Notes: generated by a model not told the origin, from the letters alone. A stretch of 30,005 nt of DNA from Macrostomum lignano (GCA_002269645.1 NIVC01001137.1:1-30005); one strand, 5' to 3'; shown: positions 11,865-22,652, counted from the stretch's first letter. Numbers and translations: made by a program.

Positions 11865-12885
11865 ATATCACCCATCCTCAATCCATTCCATCCCATCCTC
11901 AATCTATCCCATCCTCAATCCATCCCATCCTCAATCTATCCCATCCTCAATCTATCCCATCCTCAATCTATCCCATCCTCGATCCATCCCATCCTCAATC
12001 TATCCCATCCTCAATCATCCCATCCTCAATCTATCCCATCCTCGATCTATCCCACCCTCAATCCATCCCATCCTCGATCCATCCCATCCTCAATCAATCC
12101 CATCCTCAATCTATCCCACCCTCAATCTATCCCACCCTCAATCCATCCCATCCTCGATCCATCCCATCCTCAATCTATCCCACCCTCAATCTATCCCATT
12201 CTCGATCTATCCCATCTCAATCTATCCCATCCTCAATCTATCCCACCCTCAATCTATCCCATTCTCAATCTATCCCATTCTCGATCTATCCCATCCTCAA
12301 TCTATCCCATCCTCAATCTATCCCACCCTCAATCTATCCCATTCTCAATCTATCCCATTCTCAATCTATCCCATCCTCAATCTATCCCATCCTCAATCTA
12401 TCCCACCCTCAATCTATCCCATTCTCGATCTATCCCACCCTAAATCCATCCCATCCTCGATCCATCCCATCCTCAATCTATCCCACCCTCAATCTATCCC
12501 ATTCTCGATCTATCCCACCCTAAATCAATCCCATCCTCAATCTATCCCACCCTCAATCTATCCCACCCTCAATCCATCCCATCCTCGATCCATCCCATCC
12601 TCGATCTATCCCATCCTCAATCTATCCCATCCTCAATCCATCCCATCCTCAATCCATCCCATCCTCAATCTATCCCATCCTCAATCTATCCCATCCTCAA
12701 TCCATCCCATCCTCAATCTATCCCATCCTCGATCTATCCCACCCTCAATCCATCCCATCCTCGATCCATCCCATCCTCGATCTATCCCATCCTCAATCTA
12801 TCCCATCCTCAATCCATCCCATCCTCAATCCATCCCATCCTCAATCTATCCCATCCTCAATCTATCCCATCATCAACCTATCCCA
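11865..12885. repeat. 16-bp minisatellite CCATCCTCAATCTATC with variants
   Basis: Read directly. Confidence 0.97.
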
Positions 12886-13210
12886 TACATCCATACATCC
12901 CATCCATACATGCAGACAAATAATGGTCCTCATTATAGATTCAGTCCTGCAGTGCAGCCCCATTTCCTAAATCGTTTTTTTTCAAACCAACGATTACGTA
13001 TGGAGCTGTCTGCCGCAACATTTCATACTCACTTGCTGCTCTACTTCCGGACATCAGATAGTCTGATGCAGAAAGTTTTCGACTGACAAATGGCAAAAAA
13101 ATTGAATTGCATTTTACTCATCATCCCAGCGTCAGACACCGCAGCAACCAACTCGAATAAACTCGATAAAATCAAAAATAAATGAATAATTTTTTGAGTG
13201 AAGTCGAACA

Positions 13211-13596
13211 GGTTTGAGTGGCGCCAAACTGCTTTGAGTGGCGCCAAACTGGTTTCAGTGGCGCCAAACTGGTTTCAATGGCGTCAAACTGGTTTGAGTA
13301 GCGCCAAACTGGTTTGGCGCCAAACTGGCAATGGCGCCAAACTGGTTTGAGTGGCTCCAAACTGGTTTGAGTGGCTCCAAACTGGTTTGAGTGGCGCCAA
13401 ACTGGTTTGAGTGGCTCCAAACTGGTTTGAGTGGCGCCAAACTGTTTTGAGTGGCGCAAAACTGGTTTGAGTTAGCGCCGAACTGGTTTGAGTAAGCGCC
13501 AAACTGGTTTGAGTGGTTTGAGTGGCGCCAAACTGGTTTGAGTAAGCGCCAAACTGGTTTGAGTTAGCGCCAAACTGGTTTGAGTGGCGCCAAACT
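13211..13596 (-). repeat. Same 20/21-bp family as 10152..11419, in inverted orientation (TTTGAGTGGCGCCAAACTGG)
   Basis: The unit is the exact reverse complement of the 10152 unit; it shares the variants GCTTACTC and TTCGGCGCTAACTC. Confidence 0.97.
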
Positions 13597-14221
13597 GCCA
13601 CGTGATCAAATTGTCGCCTCTCTGCTGGACACTAGCTCAACAGCTTCTTTAATGATCTCAAAGTTCACAATCTAATGAACAGCAAAAATGTTTGCCACAA
13701 AAAATGAAAAGACTCCCGTTAGAAAGCTCTGATTCTCCAATTAGTTATTAATCAATCACACTTCTGTAAAATAACTTTCAACAGAAGTCTCTTGGATCCC
13801 GACCTGATCCTTCGTCAGCCTGGTAAACAAATAAATTTTATGCAAGCGAGCCCGCGTCTACTTAACGAGTAGGAAGACTGGGACATACGAGTACGCCTGT
13901 ACATAAGTTAAGAAATAAAGAACGAAAGTTAGTGTTACTTTCAGTTTTTAAACTATAGCAAGAAAAGTATATTTGTTTATTTGTTTTACTGTCTCTAAAG
14001 TTGATAGCTTAGATTAAATTTTGGGCCTTAGAAAACGTAAAATAATAATATTTGTCTCGTCGAAGTGAACACAGATCACAGAAGGTACCAGTAAAAAGCT
14101 TGTAATGCTTTAATCGAGTAAAAGAGAAATTGTAATCATGTCAGTCAGGTTGAACGTGCCACTTGAAAGTGCTTCAACTGTCATAAGCAGGAAAATTCAC
14201 AAGCTACAAGCAAGCGTTGTT

Positions 14222-15860
14222 TCAATCTGCTGTTGCTGCCCATACTCCAGAAATCTCGGAGCAAGTCGTAGAGTTGGCCGGGTCAACCGTCTCATCCGCC
14301 GTTCTTCGCTTTGTTCGTTGTTGAATCCGTTCCCAGGCAATCAGGCAGCAGTCGTGCAGCAGCTCCAGCAGCTCCAGAGCCGACAGCAGCGACATGCCAA
14401 GGAACAAGCCCAGCAGGCCGCCGACATCCGCAACCAATGAGTTGAAGCTGTACGCCGGAGACAGCCGCACCTCCTGGCTGTGAAGTTGTGCGCCAGATAC
14501 TTCTAAGAATAGTAGTGACTGGCGCACCTGCTCCATTGTGGCATTGCTCACCAGGTAAGAGAAGCCTGGCGTGAGACCGTTCTTCTCTACCTTATACAAT
14601 GCGATGTACTTCTTGAAGTACATCTGCCAATCTCTTTCCGAAGGCCACAGAGCCGACGAATATTCGTAGCTGTAAGTTCTCTGACGACACGGAACCTTGT
14701 TAGCGCAGCGCAGCGTTGCTTTGTACAGCATCATCTCCCTGTCTTCCATTAACCGACTGGTTAGTATTGTGCCGCTCGGGAACTGCGTCAGGTTGAAGCA
14801 CGAAGGCAGAGTTCTGTACTCCCAAGGAAGCGGGTACGGCCAGGGAGTGCAGTTAAACAGCTCCAAGGACATCCGTGCGATCTCTCTGTACCAGCAGTCC
14901 ACGTGGCTGTAGTTGAAGGTTCGTTTGCCCTGTGTGTACGGATCGAAAAAATTGACACTTTTGCTGCTGCTGTCAGCCCCAAGACATCTCGAGCTCACGT
15001 CGGCATCAAAGATGGTGTCCTTCATTTTGATTTTCAGGCGGTGGCTCTGGCCGGGCCCGACGTTCAAGTGGCGTCATGAAGCTGGGGTGCTGGCCTCGAG
15101 GCGTGATGAATATTTCGAATCCGCGAGCCACAGAATAGTCCAAGCCGTGCCTGAAGGTCCAGTCCGAGGGCTTCGGGTTGATGAACGATCCGAATAAAGG
15201 TAGAGCGTCCTGCTCAGTGGAGTTGTCGAATGAATGAGGCAGCGGAGGGTCCAGGAACAGGCCAATCTGAAAGTAATTCGATGGATTTTGCAGGGATCGG
15301 ATTTCCTTGTCGGTGAAATCGATTGTGAAGCAGTTGAGGTACAGCGGGTGTCTGAAGGTGCTAATTTTCGGAGTCGATTTTCCTTCAAAATAGTACATGA
15401 AGACCAGTTGGCTGGCCCTGAGCGCCATCTTGTCGAAGAGGAACTGGAATGGCAGGGTGTTAATGAGCCGGATTGCGTAGTTCTCAGGCAGAAAGTCGTC
15501 AGCTACGAGCTCCTTGTAGACTCCAGCGAGGCTGCGGTTGACCAGAGCTCGATACCGGCTTAGCAACGCATTGTCTTCAGCGCTGAGCGTGACCGAGTAG
15601 CTACCGGAGATGGGCTTCTCTTTGCAGATGTGCAGCTCGGGAAAGACAAAGTCCAGCTCATTGGCTCTAATGGTGGTTTTGAGCTCGGCTTTGGCAAAGC
15701 TGCTGTAAGTCTCAACTATTCGCACCACGCACAGGATGACGGAGGCCAAGAAGACGAGCAGCCAGAGGACTCTGACATAGAGAGGCCGTTCGCCTGCGAT
15801 ACGGGACAAACTGTGGGTCGTGGCCTCTTTGGCGTACTTTGCGATGGCGGTTGACAGCAT
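14222..15860 (-). CDS. DEG/ENaC family channel subunit 1, intronless, one frameshift near 15068-15085 (~545 aa if repaired)
   Basis: TTHS, TM1, FPELHIC, NCFT, WPS, DVGGLLGLFLGMSLLSALE (TM2 with GxS). Colinear with the intact paralog at 20070..21692. Start chosen by homology (MLS..); an in-frame upstream ATG exists at 15923. Confidence 0.88.
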
Positions 15861-16874
15861 GGCTGAGCTGAGAGGGTTGAGCGCTTCAAACTCAATGAGA
15901 GCAGTGTTGCAGTTACCGGACATGTTTGAGAGTTTTATCCCCTGTGGGATCCAACTCGAACTCCGTATGTTTGTCAAGTACTAACTCTAACTGGATCAAG
16001 CTTCAGTCATCGGTAAACAGCCTTGCTACATATCGTATAGTGACGTCTTGATTGACAGCTGGACAGTCAAAGATCCATGGCTGTTAAGCTCGGAGATCAA
16101 TTTAGAAAGCTGAAGTGTTGTCTCTGTGTAAATTAGCTATCAATTTTGCCAGTAGCTTTTTTTCTGGGATTAAAATCCTAATCGGGATCGAATCCATCTA
16201 GCAAAGTCTTCATTAAATAATGTATGCAACGTAGCTCATGGATGACTCTTATGGCGAGTCATTTTTACACGACAGCTAGCTAATATACTGGTTAATTTTC
16301 TCTGGTCAAATAAAGTGGCAGGAAATGGTTGCTCTTCTTAGCAAACAGTGCGTGCCAAACAAGCAGATTTCTGACTAATTTTTGAAGAGGATGTTGAGTC
16401 AGTTGCGGTAGATGAAGCGCAGTTTACGCTCACGCTCACTATCGCAGGCCAGGACTCGAATTGATTTATCTCTGAGACCTGAGGCCCGAAGGCTTCCCCA
16501 CAAGGGGGCCGAAAGGTCGAAACCCATCATTATCTACAACGGAGTAGAAATTTGTTTTAACTTAAAACCAGCAGTCGATGCCATTGCTGGATTTCTTCGC
16601 GTAGCATTTGGTCCAAATAGGCATGGTAATATTCACAGGCATACGAGTACTGATATGCCACAGAGGGCTGAAGCAGCAAAGTTCATTGAGGAATTTTCAA
16701 GATTCGTCTGTCTGCATCGAAATCATAATATCATAATAGGAGCCTAACTACAGCAAAAGGACAGGAATTAACAATAACTGGAAAAGAATTTTTCTAAATA
16801 GATTACCAGTTTATAAAGATAGGAGAATTTAAAACAACAGAAAAGTTAGTAAAAGTTGCGAAGCTTCTCTAAGC

Positions 16875-18433
16875 TCAATTAGAACGTGCCATATCGGTTG
16901 AACTGGCATCCGCCGTCTTCCTTGTCGCTGTCCTCGTCTGCAGCCGTCGACACGCAATCAGGCCGCAGTCGTGCAGCAGCTCCAGCACTTCCAGCAGCGA
17001 CAGCAGCGACATGCCCAAGAACAGGCCCAGGATGCCGCCAATGTCAGCTATCAGCGAGTTGAACGAGTAGGCATACGACAGGCGAACCTCCTGGCACATA
17101 TACTTGTCCGCAAACATCTCCAGGTAGACAAGCGACTCTTGGACCTGACGAAATGTTGCATTGTGGACCAGCTGTCGAAAACCGGGCGTTGGGCCGCCCT
17201 GATCCAGCAGGTTAGTCGCAATGTGCTCTCGCAGATAGCCAGACCAGTCTTTTTCTGTCGGCCAGAGACTCGTCGAATAGTCGAAAGTGTAAGAACGTCT
17301 GCGGCACGGCACGTGTTTAGCACACTTGGCTGTGGCAAATCCAACAACTCTCTCCCTCTCCTTCATTACCGTCTTGTTCAGGACTAGGCTTCTAGGAAAC
17401 TGTGTCAGGTTGAAGCACATGGGCGATCGTCTGAGATCCCAAGGCAAAGTCATTTGCCAGGGAACGCAGTTGAACTTCTCCATTGACTGTCGGACGATTT
17501 CACGGTAACCGCATTCGTCTAAGCTGAATTTAACCTTGTACACTCCCATTGTGTATGGATCGAGCAATTCCTCGGATTTATCATCTCCAAAGCATCTGTC
17601 TCCTTTGAGGTCTTCTTCGTAGACAGTGTCTTGCATCTTTAGCGACAGTCGATGGCTCTGCCCCGGTCCAATCTGCAGTCTGGCGTCTGAAGCCGACGGA
17701 TGCTGACCTCTGGGCGTTATTAAAACTGAGAACCCAGTCGGCATTGAAAATCCTAGCCCGAACAGCAAATTCCAATGCACCGGTGAAACCCCCGAGTTGT
17801 CAAATGCCACTGGAGGCTCCAGCAAGTCAAGAAATAGGCCCATCTGTATGTATGAAACCGGGTTGCTCAATACCTCGTAGTCCGACTCCGTAAAGTTTAG
17901 AGTGAAACAGTTAAGAAGAGCGCTGTGCCTCTGAATTCGAAATTTAGGCGTCGGGTCTCCGTCGAACAAAAACTGAACGGCTAGCTGGTTGACCCGACGC
18001 CCCAGTTTGTCAGACAGAAACTGATAGGGCAGAGTGTTGACCAGACGGGCAAAATAGGTGTAATGTGCGAAGTTCGAATCACCGAATTCGATTCCAGCCA
18101 TGCTGTCGCTGACCAAACGCTTGTTTTTTAGAGATTAGCTCAACGTCTTCGGGACTTAAAATGCCGTAATAGCTGCCTGAAATTGGATTTTCATTGCAGA
18201 TGTAAATGTCTGGGAATTCAAACTTGACTTGATCTGCTCGAATGGTAGTTTTTCAAATCGCCTCGTTGAAAAGTGTGGTAAAACTCGCCGATTCTTGTAC
18301 AGCACAGACACAGAAATGTTAGGAACGCAAGCAGCCAGAAGGCTTTGATGTAGACTGGTCTGTCGCTCGACAGCCGAGCGAGACTGTGAGTCGTAGCGTC
18401 CGTGGCAAAGTTTTTCAGCGCTTCTGACAGCAT
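16875..18433 (-). CDS. DEG/ENaC family channel subunit 2, intronless, two +1 frameshifts in A-runs (518 aa if repaired)
   Basis: Removing one base from each of T5 (18249..18253) and T6 (18124..18129) gives MLSEALKNF...LKTTIRADQVKFEFPDIYICNENPISGSYYGILSPEDVELISKNKRLVSDS..., continuous with ORF 16875..18116; TM2 DIGGILGLFLGMSLLSLLE. Confidence 0.88.
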
Positions 18434-18895
18434 TGTTGATCTGAGTTGATTCTGCCTGGCTGCAGCATGGGACTATTGATTTTATCAATAATGATCTCTG
18501 TTTGACTAGATGCATTAACTGGGCGTTTTTAGCTCGGTAAATATGACTTGTGCGATCCGGTTGCATTAATCATTTTCTCTCTCTTTAAACAAATTTTAAT
18601 CGATCGTCTAATCAATTCGAAGCTGAACTAAGCCAAGAGACTTGCGTGTCCTGTTTAATTTGAGCAAGCTCAGCGTAAGCTCGCGACTGTAGAGTATATT
18701 AGATTATCTGGATTATCAAGCAAAAGCGTGAAATTTGCCACGTCAAAAATTTGCGCAGATAGAAGAATAAATAGAAAGATTTTATCATCTAAAGCAGATA
18801 TTCAGAGGCTGGGGCAGTTTAAAAAAAGATTTACTATTGAAGAAAGCCGATACAAAAATCATTCTACAGGTTTAGTCACTTAAGGCAGAAGATGC

Positions 18896-19710
18896 GACCT
18901 CGACATTTCACAACCTCGACATTTCACAACCTCGACATTTCACAACCTCGACATTTCACAACCTCGACATTTCACAACCTCGACATTTCACAACCTCGAC
19001 ATTTCACAACCTCGACATTTCACAACCTCGACATTTCACAACCTCGACATTTCACAACCTCGACATTTCACAACCTCGACATTTCACAACCTCGACATTT
19101 CACAACCTCGACATTTCACAACCTCGACATTTCACAACCTCGACATTTCACAACCTCGACATTTCACAACCTCGACATTTCACAACCTCGACATTTCACA
19201 ACCTCGACATTTCACAACCTCGACATTTCACAACCTCGACATTTCACAACCTCGACATTTCACAACCTCGACATTTCACAACCTCGACATTTCACAACCT
19301 CGACATTTCACAACCTCGACATTTCATAACCTCGACATTTCACAACCTCGACATTTCACAACCTCGACATTTCACAACCTCGACATTTCACAACCTCGAC
19401 ATTTCACAACCTCGACATTTCACAACCTCGACATTTCACAACCTCGACATTTCACAACCTCGACATTTCACAACCTCGACATTTCACAACCTCGACATTT
19501 CACAACCTCGACATTTCACAACCTCGACATTTCACAACCTCGACATTTCACAACCTCGACATTTCACAACCTCGACATTTCACAACCTCGACATTTCACA
19601 ACCTCGACATTTCACAACCTCGACATTTCACAACCTCGACATTTCACAACCTCGACATTTCACAACCTCGACATTTCACAACCTCGACATTTCACAACCT
19701 CGACATTTCA
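18896..19710. repeat. Near-perfect 16-bp tandem array ACCTCGACATTTCACA, ~51 copies
   Basis: Read directly; one internal variant seen (TTCATAAC, ~19327). Confidence 0.98.
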
Positions 19711-20069
19711 AAAGCTCGCAATTCATTTTTTAAGTTTCGAGTCATTTTTCAGGAACTCGAAACTTCATATGGTAGAAAAATAAAAAAAGGTTTGATCACT
19801 CTCACACAAGCTCGAAATGTCACGTTATCAAAATACTATTGCTAGTCACTTCTGCTCGCTTAAACTTTCAAACTAATTGGATGAAACTCAAAAATTGTGT
19901 TATGAAATTAGAGTAGTTGCTTTAAAGTTTAACTCAGGACAGGTAAAGCAGAAGGTTGCTATACACTCGAAACTCGCGTCAAGTCAACGGTCGGTTTAAT
20001 ACGCTTCAAAGTGCTTAAACTGTCATTAGTTATTCCCAATGAGATTTTCCTAATTAACTGAGCGTTGCT

Positions 20070-21692
20070 TCATTCTGCTTTTGCTGCCCATACTCCAGAA
20101 ATCTCGGAGCAAGTCGTAGAGTTGGCCACGTCAACGGTCTCATCCGCCGTTCTTCGCTTTGTTCGTTGTTGAACCCGTTGCCAGGCAATCAGGCAGCAGT
20201 CGTGTAGCAGCTCCAGCAGCTCCAGAGCCGACAGCAGCGACATGCCAAGGAACAAACCCAGCAGGCCGCCGACATTCGCAACCAATGCATCGAAACTGTA
20301 GTCGAGTGACAGCAACACCAAATTGCTGCGGAATTCAGCCGATGAGATTTCCAGCAGCAGTAGAGAATCGCGAACCTGCTGCATAGTGGCATTGTCCACT
20401 AGGTAGGAGAGTCCGGGGGTTGGTCCGTTGGCCATCGAAATCTTCTCTAATATTTGTTCTCGCAAATACGATCTCCAAACCCGTTCGGTCGGCCAAAGGC
20501 TGGATGAATAAGTGTAGCTGTATGATCTCTGCCGACAGGCGGCCATTTCGGAGCACTTTCTGGTCGCGTTGAAAAGTATTCGCTCTCTTTCAAGTATCCC
20601 CTCTCTGGAGACGTTTAAACTAGCTGGGAACTGCGTTATGTTGAAGCAGTACGGCGCCCATCTGTGTTCCCAGGGAAGCGGAATTCGCTCTAAAACGCAG
20701 CCGAATCGCTCCATGGATAGTCTGACAATTTCTCGGTACCAGCACACGATCGGAGTGTTTCTGAACTTCTGCCTGTCGCCAGAGTAGGGGTTCAGAAAGG
20801 CCCCAGTATTGGCATTGCTTCTTCCAAAGCATCTGTCACTCACTTCGTCGTCGTAGACGGTTTCCTGCATGCTGATTGACAGCTTGTGGTGCTGGCCTGG
20901 TCCAATGCGAAAAGAATGACCCCACCTGCTGGGATACTCATACTGAGGCACAATGAACAGTTGGATGCCGCTGGCTTGAAAAAAATCGACGCCGAAGCTG
21001 AAACTCCAGTCAACTGGTTTTACGTTGATCCTCGAGCTACCGTAGTAAAACAAGTCCTGCTCAGTAGAGTTGTCAAATGGCTTTGGAAGCAGCGGGTCCA
21101 AGAACAAGCCGATCTGCATGTAGCTGGTAGGACTTTGCAGAGCTCGAATGTCCGACTCCGTCAAATCTAGCTTGAAACAGTTCAAATGGTCGGCATGCCT
21201 CAGCGTGCGAAGCTGAGGCGTGAAATTTCCGTTGAAGTAGTACGACACAACCAGCTGGTCGGATTTGTGCGCCATTTTGTCGGCTAGAAAGTTGAACGGC
21301 AGCGTGTTCACTAATCTGATGTTGTAGTTCCCAACCCTATTTTGGTGCGGAAATCCTTCGATGCTTGCGTTGACCAGCTGGCGGTAACGACTCAGCAGTT
21401 CGGCGTCCGCGGCGCTGAGCATCACCGAGTAACTACCAGAAATTGGAATCTCATTGCAAAAGTAGATATCCGGGAATCTAAAATCAAGCTCATTGGCTCT
21501 AAAAGTCGTCTTTAGACTGTTTTTAGAGTAGCTTTCAAAAGCGTTGCGCATACGAATTGAGCAGAGAGTCACAGACGCCAGAAGCGTGACAAACCAGAAG
21601 GCCCTGACGTAGCCGGGTCTGCCACCAGCCAGCCTGGAGAGGCAGTGGGTGCTGGCCTCGCCTGCGTATTTAGTCAGGGCTTCGGACAGCAT
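20070..21692 (-). CDS. DEG/ENaC (amiloride-sensitive Na channel family) subunit 3, intact single-exon 540 aa
   Basis: ATG to TGA ORF with STHC, TM1 (AFWFVTLLASVTLC), FPDIYFCN, NCFK, Cys-containing thumb, LWPTE and TM2 NVGGLLGLFLGMSLLSALE. Confidence 0.95.
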   Translation of the reverse strand: MLSEALTKYAGEASTHCLSRLAGGRPGYVRAFWFVTLLASVTLCSIRMRNAFESYSKNSLKTTFRANELDFRFPDIYFCNEIPISGSYSVMLSAADAELLSRYRQLVNASIEGFPHQNRVGNYNIRLVNTLPFNFLADKMAHKSDQLVVSYYFNGNFTPQLRTLRHADHLNCFKLDLTESDIRALQSPTSYMQIGLFLDPLLPKPFDNSTEQDLFYYGSSRINVKPVDWSFSFGVDFFQASGIQLFIVPQYEYPSRWGHSFRIGPGQHHKLSISMQETVYDDEVSDRCFGRSNANTGAFLNPYSGDRQKFRNTPIVCWYREIVRLSMERFGCVLERIPLPWEHRWAPYCFNITQFPASLNVSREGILERERILFNATRKCSEMAACRQRSYSYTYSSSLWPTERVWRSYLREQILEKISMANGPTPGLSYLVDNATMQQVRDSLLLLEISSAEFRSNLVLLSLDYSFDALVANVGGLLGLFLGMSLLSALELLELLHDCCLIAWQRVQQRTKRRTADETVDVANSTTCSEISGVWAAKAE

Positions 21693-22652
21693 CTCCCCCT
21701 GTCTGCAGGTACAGACGATCCTTACCTAACAGTGAAGTTTTTAGCAACTTCCCTCATTTTATGCTGATATCGCTAATGGTGTTTGTTGAAAGCAAATCGT
21801 TTTAGCCATTGTCAAATTTATTGGTTGAGCAAACTACTCTGTAAGTATTATCTCTTTATTGCCGAATAAACATTGTATAAAAAATCTTTGCAAAAAACGG
21901 TCGGCTCTACTGGAAGTAGCGAGCTAGACATTTACTTCGAAATCTTGCAGTATAACTTGCAGTACGAATGATATGTCGGATTACTTACTTGCACTTTATA
22001 TTCTATAGTAAACTACATGCATGACATCAATTTAGACTAGTCTGCACACTCTCTCTCCTGAACAAGACAGATTTATTGGGTTGCCAGCCTTTCTGGCTTG
22101 CCTAAAAAACCCCAATTTTCTGATAATTTATGACCACACACGAGTCCATATTAGCCTAGCAGAAGATATTTGCTCGAACTAAATGAATGACCAATTATCC
22201 CGATTTGTCTTTAGATGAAACAATTTTGTAAGAGCACAAACGTTTTCTCGTGATGAGTTTTCGTAAATTTAAGACTAAAATAGCCCAGAGATTAGACCCA
22301 GAAGCTGCAACAGGTACGGCTGCATGCAAAGTCAAGTACAGCTACCAACTTTATTGCAACAGTGCACACTAAAGCCAAATGGTTAACAAGCAAACAGAAT
22401 AAGGGTAAACGAAACGCAAGGCTACTCTCTGAGAAGTGTAGAGAGTGGGACTAGGAGAAAAAGCAGAAATAGGGGATGCAAGCCAAGCTCATTGGCTGCT
22501 CCCGAGACGGAGCACTCAGCAGCAGCAGCAGCAGCAGCCCTGTCCCTCTCAAAAGCAGAAAGCCGCTTCAAAACACGCAGCAGAAACTTCTCTTCTTTTT
22601 AATCCCAGCAGGTTGAAGCCAGTTTAGGGAGGGGGGCGGTTCGCGAAACGAA

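Noticed and set aside
10171-13601. Many overlapping ORFs (APLKPVWRH..., SIYPILN...)
   Set aside because: All are translations of 16- and 20/21-bp satellites.
15861-15977. Track start of channel 1 at 15977
   Set aside because: TTG start. Homology supports the ATG at 15860; the ATG at 15923 remains possible.
16412-16747. 111-aa plus-strand ORF between channels 1 and 2
   Set aside because: No recognisable domain, and its length is compatible with chance.
18892-19710. Possible CRISPR array or repeat protein
   Set aside because: Head-to-tail units with no spacers, eukaryotic context and no cas genes. The same applies to 27062..28412 despite its palindromic unit.
14138-21170. Plus-strand ORFs overlapping the channel genes
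   Set aside because: Antisense shadows of GC-rich coding sequence with no independent motifs.
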